Of a stretch of DNA of 64,000 bases, positions 52,176-64,000 are shown in pieces; positions within the stretch are counted from its first letter, which is position 1, and each line of letters starts with the position of its first letter. Position numbers and translations under genes: made by a program. The notes under the pieces are model-generated. The model saw only the letters and a list, made by a program, of their open reading frames with translations, ran no database searches and was not told where the DNA came from. Source of the DNA: Octopus vulgaris. Its lineage: Eukaryota. The DNA lies in assembly GCA_951406725.2 (NCBI GenBank), contig OX597825.1:61814001-61878000 (forward strand), in the 5' to 3' direction.

Positions 52176-52715
52176 CAGTGCTTTTCAAACTAAACAGTAC
52201 TGCCATTTGGTGTGGAGATAGTGGTGGGGCTATGGACATTATTCATTGTTACTGGGTATATGGGAGACAGCTTTTTTATGATAGTGGCATCTGTAGAGAT
52301 TTTTAGTCTGTTTTACATACTGAAATATTAATCCAAACATATATATAAATATATTGTTATAATATGCTGTTTGCAAGTCGCAATCACAACAACAACAATA
52401 ACAAGGAAAATGAGGATATCAGCAATAATAATATAATTCTAGATGTGAATGGGTAACTTAACAAAACTGAGTATATACCAACTATGTATATAAATTATAA
52501 GCAGTAAGCAAAACTTTAATGTAAAACAACTTGTAAAATGTGTTGATATTTATGATATTTACATACATACAATAAAGACAGTCACTGCACCTGTAGCATT
52601 ATGTAACATCCCAGTTTGTGTGGTCTTGTATGTTGATATGATATTTGGTTTTGCAAAATCACAACAAGAGGTGTTAGAATGTGTTAGTAAAATGGAAAGA
52701 GTTTGGTAAGAATTG
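52176..52715. mobile_element. Possible old hAT-type non-autonomous element
   Basis: Imperfect ends CAGTGCTTTTCAAACT / AGTTTGGTAAGAATTG, with CTAAA-containing flanks. Confidence 0.4.
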
Positions 52716-52726
52716 CTCTAAAATAA

Positions 52727-53140
52727 GGCGGCTAGCTGGCAGAAATGTTAGCGCACCGGGCAAAATGCTTAGCGGTATTTTGCCTGCCATTATGTTCTGA
52801 GTTCAAATTCCGCCAAGGTCGACTTTGCCTTTCATCCTTTTGGAGTGAATAAATTAAGTACCAGTTACGCACTGGGGTCGATATAATCGACTTAATCCGT
52901 TTGTCTGTCCTTGTTCGTCCCATCTGTGTTTAGCCCTTTGTGGGTAGTAAAGAAATAGGTATTTTGCCTGCCGTTACGTTCTGAGTTCAAATTCTGCTGA
53001 GGTCGACTTTGCCTTTCATCCTTTCGGGGTCGATAAATTAAGTACCAGTTACGCACGGGGGTTGATGTAATTGACTTAATCCCTTTGTTTGTCTTTGTTT
53101 GGGCCTTCTATGTTTACCCCCTTGTGGGCAATAAACAAAT
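52727..53140 (+). mobile_element. Head-to-tail SINE A partial dimer with one 18-bp TSD
   Basis: TAAGAATTGCTCTAAAAT at 52707-52724 and 53140-53157; the second unit starts internally at GGTATTT (about 52958). Confidence 0.9.
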
Positions 53141-53746
53141 AAGAATTGCTCTAAAATTTCTACTCATCCACAACTTTTGTGTTTTACAAGTGTAAAGATC
53201 AAAAGAAAAGTAATGCAGGACTGTATAAATCTGAGCAACAACACAAAACAGAGATTCTAAGGGAAATTTTACACAGCAAAATGAGATTGCTTCAAAGCCC
53301 ACAGCAGAAGGGATTAGATCCTCCGTCCCTCAACAGATAGTTATAATATCCTTTATGAGCCCCAGAGCAATATACCAGCTGACCACAACCTTATAAGCTA
53401 AGTTTGCACCTCTTCTTCATACACTAACACCATCACTAGCAGCATTGCCATCTGTACTGGAACTGCCACTATCCCTGGAACAATTCCTCAGTTACTGTTT
53501 GCAATAGTACCATCCATCACCAATATCTCTCACATTAATGTCACCACCAACATTGGCACCTACACAATCATTACAGGCACCACAACAATCAGCAATAGTA
53601 CCATTACCATTGCTGACAAGAATACTTTTAGTACTAGTGTTACAATCAGTACTAGCACCAATACAACCATCACAAGTGTAATCACCATCATTGCTGGCAC
53701 AAATACCTCTAATACCAATTCTGCAATCAGTACTAGCACCAATAAA

Positions 53747-53977
53747 GGCGTCGAGCTGGCGGAAACATTCGCACGCCAGGCGAAATGCTCAGCGGTATTT
53801 CGTCTGACGCTACGTTCTGAGTTCAAATTCTGCCGAGGTCAACTTTGCGTTTCATCCTTTCGGGGTCGATTAAATAAGTACCAGTTACACACTGGGGGCG
53901 ATATAATCGACTTAATCCGTGTATCTGTCCTTGTTTGTCCCCTCTGTGTTTAGCCCCTTGTGGGTAGTAAAGAAATA
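53747..53977 (+). mobile_element. SINE family A with 16-bp TSD, inside a low-complexity tandem repeat of about 93 bp
   Basis: TSD AGTACTAGCACCAATA. Confidence 0.92.
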
Positions 53978-54511
53978 AGTACTAGCACCAATACAACCGT
54001 CACAAGTGTAACCACCATCATTGCTGGCACAAATATCTCTAATACCAATTCTGCAATCAGTACTAGCACCAATACTACTGTTACATATACCACTACCATC
54101 AGCAACATTACCAAGACAGTCATTAGCTCTAATGCAACCAGCCCAAGCTCAAGCAGCACGCATTATCAACACTGGAACCAAAACCCATCAACAGTAACAC
54201 GAGAACCATCGCTACCATCACCACCATAATTAGCCAATGCTAACACCACCTCCTTTCACCCCATCACCAGCCCCTCTATCTAATACTATTAATGGCAGAA
54301 ATGATTATAATATCGATTATTTTCCTTCTAAATTTGTTCTTAAATATCAAATAAATTAGTTGAGCTGAGTCTGAGATTTTTAGCTTAATATCTTGTTTAC
54401 ACAAGTTTCAAATATTGCTAAGTTGGACATTTTCTTCTATCCTTCTGGGAGTCAATAAAATCAAAATAAAGTTGGTTCACTGGCTACCTGGCTGTCTGAC
54501 TAGATTAAATC

Positions 54512-55741
54512 TAGTGGTTCTCAACCATTCTCTACCAATGAACTCCCTTTGATTACTATTTTATTCAGGTGGACTCCGACCCATAACCATTTGATATTTA
54601 AAAGTTAATTTTATTGACAATTCTTACAAAATACCTATTTTGTTTTTTATGCCTTAATCTCTCTTTTTTTTTTTTACTCTTTTTACTTGTTTCAGTCATT
54701 TGACTGCGGCCATGCTGGAGCACCGCCTTTAGTCGAGCAAATCGACCCCGGGACTTATTCTTTGTAAGCCCAGTACTCACTCTATCGGTCTCTATTGCCG
54801 AACCGCTAAGTGACGGGGACGTAAACACACCAGCATCGGTTGTCAAGCAATGCTAGGGGGACAAACACAGACACACAAACACACACATACATATATATAC
54901 ATATACATATATACGACAGGCTTCTTTCAGTTTCCGTCTACCAAATTCACTCACAAGGCATTGGTCGGACCGAGGCTATAGCAGAAGACACTTGCCCAAG
55001 ATGCCACGCAGTGGGACTGAACCCGGAACCATGTGGTTGGTTAGCAAGCCACTTACCACACAGCCACTCCTGCGCCTATAGGTTTATAATTATATACTCT
55101 GAGAGAACATGTTTCAGTGACCAAACACATACCCTTTTACTTGTTTCAGTCATTTGACTGTGGCCAAGCTGGAGCACCACCTTTAGTCAAGCAAATCGAT
55201 CTCAGGACTTATTCTTTGTAAGCCTAGTACTTACTCTATCAGCCTCTTATGCTGAACCGCTAAGTTACGGGGACATAAACACACCAGCATCAATTGTCAA
55301 GCGATGCTGGGGTGACAAACACAGACACACTAACATACACACACACACACACTCATAAATATATATATACACATATATACATATATAGTATGGGCTTCTT
55401 TCAATTTCTGTCTACCAAATCCACTCACAAGGCTTTGGTCGGCCCGAGGCTATAATAGAAGACACTTGTCCAAGATGCCATGCAGTGGGACTGAACTTGG
55501 AATCATGTGATTCGTAAGCAAGCTACTTACCACACAGCCACTCCTACACCTACATGTTGAACTATGTTATGCATTAAAGTAAGAAATCCAGCTGTTTCTT
55601 GCAATATAAACGCCTAAAGTAAAATGGTTTTCATTTACCCTAAAATACTACTGGGAATCCCCAGTTTACTGTTTTGTTTCCATGAACCCAATTCTGTATG
55701 GACCTCCAGGGGTCATATGGGCCCCTGTTGACAACCAGTTG
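54512..55741. mobile_element. Old hAT-like MITE split by two SINE B copies (54661-55078 and 55133-55551, both minus)
   Basis: Left end TAGTGGTTCTCAACC, right end CCCCTGTTGACAACCAG; related inverted copy at 59754-60395. Confidence 0.65.
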
Positions 55742-55759
55742 GCTGAAAGGATGGATGGA

Positions 55760-56200
55760 GAGTTTCTAGTTAGTTGGTTGGCTGATTGGCTGGTTGGATA
55801 GCTTGTTGGCTAGTTGACTGGCTTGTTGGCAGGCAGGTTGGTTAGTCAGCTTGTTGGTTTGCTGGCTAGATAACTGGCTAACTGCTTAGTTAACTGGTTG
55901 TCTGGTTGATTGGCTAGTTGGTCGGTTGCCTAGCTGGTTAGTTAGCAAGTTGGCTGATTGGTTGGCTGGTTGGTTGGTTGTCTGGTTGGCTGGTTAGCTG
56001 GTTGGCTAGTTGGCTAGCCAACTGGCTAATTGGCTGGTTGGTTGGTTGGTTGCCTGGTTGGCTGGTTAGCTGGTTGCCTGGCTAGCTGATTGACTAATTA
56101 GCTGGATAGATACTTGGCTGACTAGTTAGCTAGCTGGTTGCCTGAGTGACTGATAAGTTGGCAGGCTAGCTTGTTGGCTGGTTGGCTGGTTGGCTGATTG
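55760..56200. repeat. Degenerate (TGGC/TGGT/TAGC)n tetranucleotide tract
   Basis: Directly visible. Confidence 0.9.
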
Positions 56201-56419
56201 GTTTTTCAAGTTAAAGAAAAGATGGAGATGTATTGTGCAACAAAATGGTTCATATTTGGTTGATTATAAATGTAATGGCAAGTATTTATTGACCTTTTTC
56301 TTTCCTTTAAAAATCGACACAAACTTTCCGGACAACCCAATACAAAGAATCCATCAATGGCAAAAATATATAAAGAAGACTACAAAAATCAAAGATAAAG
56401 AATATCTTTTTGACTACAA

Positions 56420-57262
56420 GAGCAGGCATGGTTGTGTAGTTAAGAAGCTTGCTTAGCAATCACGTGATTCTAGGTTCAATCTTACTGCACAACATTTTTG
56501 GCAAAAGTCTTCTACTAATATCAGAGGCCATCCAATGCCTTGTGAGTGAATTTGGAAGTCAGAAGCTCTGTGGAAGCTCGTCATATGTAAACATATGCAT
56601 ATGTCTCTTTGTACTTGTGTGTCTATGGGTTTGGGTTAATTCATCCACTACCATTTGATAACCTGTGTTGGTTTGTTTTCATTCTTGTAATTTAGTGGTT
56701 TGGTGAAACAGACTGAAATAATGGTTTCAGATTTTGCGATACAAGGCCAGCAATTTCATGCAAGGGGATAAGTCAATTACATCAACCTCAGAACTCAATT
56801 GGTAATTATTTGATCAACCCTGAAGGGATAAAAGGCAAAGTCAACCTTGACGGAATTTGAACTCAGAACATAAAGATGGAGAAAGTACCACTATGCATTT
56901 CACCTGGTGTGCTAACACTTCTGCCAGCTCACGACCCTTAAAGAAATATACTGAAATGATAAGTACCAGGCTTGATATGTTAAACTAGGCCCTTCAGGGC
57001 AGTGCCCCAATAGGGGCTCAGGCAAATAAAGAACAAGCAAAAGATAAAGTTGAAAAATGAAAAAAAAATTTCACAGTAGGTGCAGGAGTGGCTCTGTGGT
57101 AAGCAGCTTGCTTACCAGCCATATGGCTCTGGGTTCAATTCAACTGCATGGCACCTTGAGCAAGTATTTTTTACTATAGCATTGGGTCGACCAAAGCCTT
57201 GTGAGTGGATTTGGTAGACAGAAACTGAAAGAAGCTCACTGTCTCTCTCTCTCTCTCTCTCC

Positions 57263-57300
<38 letters not shown>

Positions 57301-57575
57301 GTATGTAGGTATGTATGTAGGTATGTATGTATGTATTATGTATATATGTATGTATGCATGTGTGTGTGTGTGTGTTTGTGTTTCTGTATTTGTACCTCCA
57401 CCATCACTTGACAACTGATGTTGGTGTGTTTACATCCCAGAAACTTAGTGGTTCGGCAAAAGAGACTGGTAGAATAAGTACTAGGCTTACAAAGAATAAG
57501 TCTGATGGTCGATTTGTTCGAGTAAAGGAAAGTGCTCCAGCATGGCCGCGGTGAAATAACTGAAACAAGTAAAAA
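56420..57575 (+). mobile_element. Old SINE B (with nested minus-strand SINE A' at about 56725-56940) followed by SINE B 57077-57575
   Basis: Recognisable heads, cores and tails. Confidence 0.78.
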
Positions 57576-58069
57576 ACCAAAATTGTTTCAGCTGAAGAGT
57601 CTAATGATCGCATTGCAGTAGTTAGCTTACGTTTTCTATTAAAAAGGCAAGGTAGAATTTACCATTTTGTTTATTCCAAGTACCATAGGAAAAGTAAATT
57701 TAGCCAGAATCTGATATAAATGACAGATAACAAAATGCTTTATTTTATATTTTTTTTATTGGTTTCTGTTATTAGATCGAAGCCAAATGGGGTACGCTAC
57801 ATTTAAGGTTTCAGTGAAAATAATTTGCACCAGTTCTTATTTCAGTCTGGTACCAATTTTATTGATACCTGTTTGTGAAACTGCTAAGTTATGTGAACAT
57901 AAACAGCCACATCATAAAAGACATAGGCATTGCTACCTGCACATGCTTACCATTACCATCATCATCACCATATCAGGTTAGAAATCCACATCATCATATT
58001 GTATAAATTTTGCTTTACTCTTATTGTCAATGGATTTGAACCAAAATATTATCCCAAAAGTTATCAATA

Positions 58070-58236
58070 TAGGCGCAGGAGTGGCTGTGTGGTAAGTAGC
58101 TTGTTTACCAACCACATGGTTCCGGGTTCAGTCCCACTGCATGGCACCTTGGGCAAGTGTCTAATACTATAGCCTCGGGCCGACCAAAGCGTTGTGAGTG
58201 GATTTGGTAAGCGGAAACTGAAAGAAGCCCATCGTA

Positions 58237-58319
<83 letters not shown>

Positions 58320-58565
58320 ATATATATATATATGCATGTGTGTGTTTGTGTGTCTGTGTTTGTCCCCCTAGCATTGCTTGACAACCGATGCTGGTGTGTT
58401 TATGTCCCCGTTACTTAGCGGTTCTGCAAAAGAGACCGATAGAATAAGTACTGGGCTTACAAAAGAATAAGTCCCAGGGTCGAGTTGCTCTATTAAAGCC
58501 GGTGCTCCAGCATGGCTGCAGTCAAATGACTGAAACAAGTAAAAGAGTAAAAGAGTAAAGAGTAA
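58070..58565 (+). mobile_element. SINE family B, near-consensus
   Basis: Full-length match with expanded internal (TA)n. Confidence 0.93.
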
Positions 58566-58922
58566 TCCATAGTAACAGATTTGAAGATTCTTTAATTTCA
58601 TTATTATCATTCCCTAAAATGGATTTGCTCATTAAACCTAATTCAATCTTAGCTGAGCTAATTAGTCTGCATTTTGGTATTACGTAAAAGTCATGTTTAT
58701 GATCTTGCAGTGTAATGAAAGCTTCCTTCTTAGCTAGACATTCAGTTCTTTTATCTATATTGAATTTTTTTTGCGATGGTTTTAGCTTCCATGATAGTAG
58801 AGTTATAAATATCCGAATCAGACTTTCAGCATTTATCTATAATGCTGTTTACAAATAATTTATTATGTATATTCCTGTCAATCTAGAACATATTGCTGGT
58901 TTTATTCAAAAACATAAACATA

Positions 58923-59328
58923 TAGGCACAGAAGTGGCTGTGTGGTAAGTAGTTTGCTTACCAACCACATCGTTCTGGGTTCAGTTCCACTGCATGGCAA
59001 CTTGGGCAAGTGTCTTCTACTATAGTTTTGGGCTGACCAAAGCCTTGTGAGTGGATTTGATAGATGGAAACTGAAAGAAGCCCATCGTATATATGTATAC
59101 ATTTATATATGAGTGTGTGTGTGTGTGTCTGTGTTTGTCCCCCCAACATCGCTTGACAACCGATGCTGGTGTGTTTACGTCCCCGTAACTTAGCGGTTCA
59201 GCAAAAGAGACCGACAGAATAAGTACTAGGCTTACAAAGAATAAGTCCTGGGGTCGATTTGCTCAACTAAAGGTGGTGCGCCAGCATGGCCACAGTCAAA
59301 TGACTGAAACAAGTAAAAGAGTAAAAGA
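58923..59328 (+). mobile_element. SINE family B
   Basis: Full-length match. Confidence 0.93.
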
Positions 59329-59905
59329 TACTATCAGAATTCTTAATATCATCATTTAACACCCTGCTAGAAGGTTTGAGCAGTTTAACAGGAGTTGACC
59401 AGCTGAAGGGCTGTTGAGGCTCCCTGTCTGTTTTGGCATGGTTTGTGTGGCTAGATGACTTTCCTAATACCAACCATTTTACAGAGTGTACTGAGTGCTT
59501 TTATGCAGCACTAGCACTGGCCCTTTTTTATGTGGTACTAGCACCTATGAGCCCGCAAGATTAGAGAGAGATCAACTGAAGCGGGTTGCAGGGGATGCCC
59601 CTGTATGCAAGGACAGCCATGTTTTACTTAGCTTGATATGATTTTTCAAGCACAACAAACCACTAAAAGTCTTGGTCCCCTATCATCCCTTCTGTGAGTC
59701 CCAACGTCTGTGAGTCTTAAATAGCTGTATAATTTAGCTAACTTAGATCAGAACAGGTTAGAACAGGGGTCCTTGACGAAGGTCCATATGGCCCTTAAGA
59801 GTCCATATAAGATTTTTGGGGATGGCCCATGCAGCAAAATAGTAAACTGGAGATTCACAATAGTATTTGAAGGGTCCCTGAAAATATTTTGCTTTAGATG
59901 TATGT

Positions 59906-60160
59906 GTGGAGGCACATGGCTTAGTGGTTAGGGTGTCAGCAACATGATCGTGAGATTGTGGTTTCGATTCCTGGACCGGGTGACTCATTGTGTTCTTGAG
60001 CAAAACACTTCACTTCATGTTGCTCCAGTCCACTCAGCTGGCAAAAATGAGTAACGCTGCAATGGACTGGCGTCCCATCCAGCTGGGGAATACATACACC
60101 ATAGAAACAAGGAAACCAGGTCCATGAGCCTGGCTAGGCTTTAAAAGGGCACATTTATTT
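59906..60160 (+). mobile_element. SINE body D plus tail 3, nested in a hAT-like MITE (59754-60395)
   Basis: Flanks TTAGATG(T/C)ATGT; matches 47545-47798. Confidence 0.88.
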
Positions 60161-60599
60161 TTGTTAGATGCATGTATTTGTATGCATTGTATGTATAGCA
60201 AGAATCAGCTGGATTTCTTTCTCTAACATTTTACGTAGTTCAACCTACAGAAGTTAATGCGAGAAAAGCATAATAGGAATTTTGAAAGAAATTTCTATAA
60301 AACTATTTTTCAACCATCGAATTGCTATGGGGGTCCACCAGAACAAAATAGTAATCAAAGGGATCCATACATAAAAAAATGGTTGAGAACACCTGGGTCA
60401 GAATAAGGGCTCTTACTAATTATAATCATGGAAATAAGATCCAGCAACATGGTAATTCAACCTGATTTGATCTCAAAGGTCACCAAAGCTAGATTCTCAT
60501 TATCTCTATTCATAATAAACTTCATCATAACACAGAATTCTTAAAATTCTTTGAGCAAGTTTCTATTTTGTGAAGCATGAAACATATTCCTTCCATTTA

Positions 60600-61005
60600 T
60601 AGACACCGATGTGGCTGTGTGGTAAGAAGTTTATTTCCCAACCACAGGGTCCTAGTTTCAGTTCCACTGCACAGCATATAGGGCGAGTACTTTCTATTAT
60701 AGCATTGGGTCAGCCAAAGCCTTATGAATGGATTTGGTAGATGGAGACTGAATGAAGCCTGCCGTATAAGTGTGTGTATGTGTGTGTTTGTGTGCATGTG
60801 TATGTCTTTGTGCATGTGTATGTCACCATCATTTGACTACAGGTAGTGGTGTGTTTCTGTTTCCATAGCTTAGCAGTTTGGGAAAAGAAACCAATAGAAA
60901 AAGTACCAAGTTTTGAAAAATATGTAGTGGGTTGATTTGTTTGAATAAAATTCTTGAAGGTGGCACCACAGTATGGTCACAGTCTAATGACTGAAACAAC
61001 TAAAA
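60600..61005 (+). mobile_element. Old SINE family B
   Basis: Degraded full-length match. Confidence 0.8.
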
Positions 61006-61775
61006 AAAAAATAAAGGGGATCAAAGATGTCTCCAGTTTGGTCAGCAAGATATTTCACATGAAATATGTCTTTGGGTTTGTTAAAACTATGGCTAAAAAA
61101 TCAAGTGAAATCAAAGAATATATATCTTACAATTTTCCTGTATATATGAATTAAACTCATGCTTTTATTTTTCATTCCCTTTGAAGTTTTATCCGTAATA
61201 GTGGTTTGGAATTTAACTGTTCTTTCTAGCGTGCAAGGAGTCCTATGAAGGATGCTTCTTATGTGTTTAAATATACACTGTATTTATATGAATAATATAT
61301 AGTCTATCGACTAAATTTTTACACGTTAGGACACTTGTAGTAGAAATTTTTAATATATGAATTAAACTGTTGTCTAGTCAGGAAAATATCATTTCAAACA
61401 TTTGTATCTGAATTTGCTACTGCCCTGAGAAATCAAAGGATATTTCACACAAATTTGCTGAAGTAAGCTTTCAGATCTTTTGAACATAGGATGACAGACT
61501 CCATTTTCTCTCTCTTGAATTTCATACAGTATTTATACACTTCACTGTTATATTGGAAGTATGTAAGGAAAAGATGTCTGCATAATATTGCATGTATAAT
61601 ACAGATGTATGTATATAGGCACAAGTGGGGCTGCATGGTAAGAAGTTTGTTTCCCAAACACATGGTTCTGGGTTCAGTCCCACTACATTACACCATGGAC
61701 AAGTGTGTTTTACTATATCCTTGGGCTGACCAAATCCTTGAGTGGATCTGGTAGACAGAAACAGAAAGAAACCTA

Positions 61776-61821
<46 letters not shown>

Positions 61822-62069
61822 ATGTATACATGTGTGCATATATATATACACATGTATAACATATATACACATCATATAAGACTTATATCTGATGTCTTCC
61901 TGGACAACATTTCAGATTGTTCCTTCTGACACATGGGGAGCTTTTGCAATTGACCTAATGGACTTTCTGGGATTGTAATTAATGGCCTGTTAAACTTGCT
62001 GGATAAATTAAAGTGTTCTAATGATTTCGGAGTGTTTAAAATGCTTTGTATGCTTTGATACTGGTGATA

Positions 62070-62423
62070 CTCTCTTTTACTTGTTTCAGTCATTTGACTG
62101 CGGCCATGCTGGAGCACCACCTTTTAGTACTTATTCTATCGGTCTCTTTTTGCCGAACCGCTAAGTGACGGGGACGTAAACACACCAGCATCGGTTGTCA
62201 AGCAATGCTAGGGGGACAAACACAGACACACAAACACACACACATATACATATATATATATACATATATACGACAGGCTTCTTTCAGTTTCCGTCTACCA
62301 ACTCCACTCACAAGGCATTGGTCGGCCCGGGGCTATAGCAGAAGACACTTGCCCAAGATGCCACGCAGTGGGACTGAACCCGCAACCGTGTGGTTGGTTA
62401 GCAAGCTACTTACCACACAGCCA
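62070..62423 (-). mobile_element. SINE family B with small internal deletion
   Basis: Near-consensus sequence. Confidence 0.9.
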
Positions 62424-62600
62424 CATTTCCATCTTCAATCTCTATCTCCTTACAAACTTCGTAGATGAAAGATCTGCCAACTTTTAAAAATTGACATATT
62501 TCTAAATCACTATGCTCAGCATTTACAACTACAATTACAGCATGCCTATTCATTCCTTGAGTAAGCTGAGAATCTGCCATTATTATTTTCTGAAACAAAG
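62420..62600 (-). mobile_element. Tc1/mariner-type transposase N-terminal (HTH) fragment
   Basis: MADSQLTQGMNRHAVIVVVNAEHSDLEICQFLKVGRSFIYEVCKE resembles the first HTH of IS630-Tc1-mariner transposases; cut off by a SINE. Confidence 0.6.
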
Positions 62601-62674
62601 ATTATACAGAGTTAGTAAAAAATGCACCAATGCCCCCGAAAAGGTAGGTCCCCAAATACCTCACACAACCTGTA

Positions 62675-63016
62675 AGGGTAAAGACCCCCTTCGGTCATGA
62701 ATGACCATGGGATTGCACCTAGAAAGTTACCCTCCTAGACACAAGTCCGGGCAAGGTTGTTTATGGAAGACCAGCAGTCGCCCATGCATACCAGCCTCTC
62801 CTCTCCACGCCACCAGTGTTATCCAAGGGAAAGACAAAGGTCGATACAGCTTGGCACCAGTGACGTCGCAACTCATTTCTACAGCTGAGTGAACTGGAGC
62901 AACGTGAAATAAAGTGCCTTGCTCAAGAACACAACACGCAGCCCGGTCCGGGATTCGAGCTCACAACCTCACGATCGTAAGCTCGACGCTCTAACCACTG
63001 AGCCATGTGCCTTCAC
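62675..63016 (-). mobile_element. SINE body D plus tail 4, near-consensus
   Basis: TSD (CAC)AACCTGTA; matches 27217-27554. Confidence 0.92.
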
Positions 63017-63316
63017 AACCTGTATATATATATATATATATATATATAAGTTAAAATATGCTACATCTTAATTGATTGAGTCTTCTCAACAGACTAAACA
63101 TATCAACATTTGTATGTTTGCGTGCGCATGTGTGTGTTAGTATATTTAAAACAAAAAAAGACCGTTATAATTGTAGATGCACAGAAAAACAACAAAAAGC
63201 ATCTACACTTATGACGGTTTCTTTTGTTTTAAAGATACTATCATGCACATACACACGTAGATATGCAAATGATGATATGTTTAGTCTGTTGAGAAGACTC
63301 AGTCAATTATGGTGTA

Positions 63317-63525
63317 CCATCATCATCATCATTGTTTAGCGTCCGTTTTCCATGCTAGCATGGGTTGGACGGTTCAACTGGGGTCTGTGAAGCCAGAAGG
63401 CTTCATCTGGCCCAGTCAGATCTGGCAGTGTTTCTACAGCTGGATGCCCTTCCTAACGCCAACCACTCCGTGAGTGTAGTGGGTGCTTTTTACGTGCCAC
63501 CCGCACAGGTGCCAGACAGAGCTGG
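63317..63525 (-). mobile_element. RTE LINE 3' UTR fragment
   Basis: Reverse complement of the RTE tail with (ATC)n. Confidence 0.87.
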
Positions 63526-63913
63526 TATGAAGAAATATTTAATTTGCAATTTTCAAAAGGCAATTCTAATTTATAAATTTGTAATTTGAATGAGTTAGAC
63601 ATGGAAACAATTGTAGGCAAATGTAAATTGACAATATATCAATAAACTGATGTTATCTGCTAAAATTATCCAATTTCCTCTTTGACATGTACTATATTAA
63701 AATATACCCATATATATATCAAAGTGAGGCAAACATCTATTAAAGTATATGTAGACTCCATAATGTGTTTAATATTTGTGCCAATTATTAAATAATAAAC
63801 ATCAATACTACTTAGTAAAACGTGACTCCTGAGTATTTCTTTGATATATAATATTAAACAGGGGAAATGTGGATGCTAACATCCCTTTTAAGATGAATCT
63901 ATATCCTCACAAT

Positions 63914-63950
<37 letters not shown>

Positions 63951-64000
63951 GTACATACACATATTCAAGCGTGGCCAATGCCAATGTTGTCTGACTGGCA

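Noticed and set aside
53400-54280. Mucin-like Thr/Ser-rich ORF
   Set aside because: Degenerate (ACC/ACT/AGC) low-complexity tract with a local duplication, interrupted by a SINE and lacking splice signals.

Overview
AT-rich eukaryotic genomic DNA, almost entirely intronic or intergenic. It is most likely from an octopus or other coleoid cephalopod; this is an inference from the dense (TA)n/(CA)n/(GAT)n microsatellites and tRNA-derived CORE-type SINEs. No intact protein-coding gene can be supported. Nearly all ORFs in the supplied track are artefacts of microsatellites or SINEs, and the protein-like ones are decayed transposon pieces. The window holds dozens of SINE copies whose heads, bodies and tails are shuffled, fragments of RTE- and CR1-type LINEs, a decayed mariner, a Tc1-like fragment, piggyBac-, hAT- and TA-type MITEs, a non-autonomous Helitron and a solo LTR. 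Most interesting: (1) two unrelated, (TA)n-anchored fold-back palindromes (13495-14076 and 36683-36918), each with a minimal type-I hammerhead ribozyme on both strands, as expected for Penelope-like pseudo-LTRs; (2) a full-length 5S rRNA copy fused to a SINE 3' tail; (3) a CR1-type LINE 3' end that matches that same SINE tail; (4) several long dsRNA-forming inverted repeats. A few weak exon candidates are flagged. All coordinates and alignments were read by eye, so boundaries are approximate, and the family labels A, A', B, C and D are my own.
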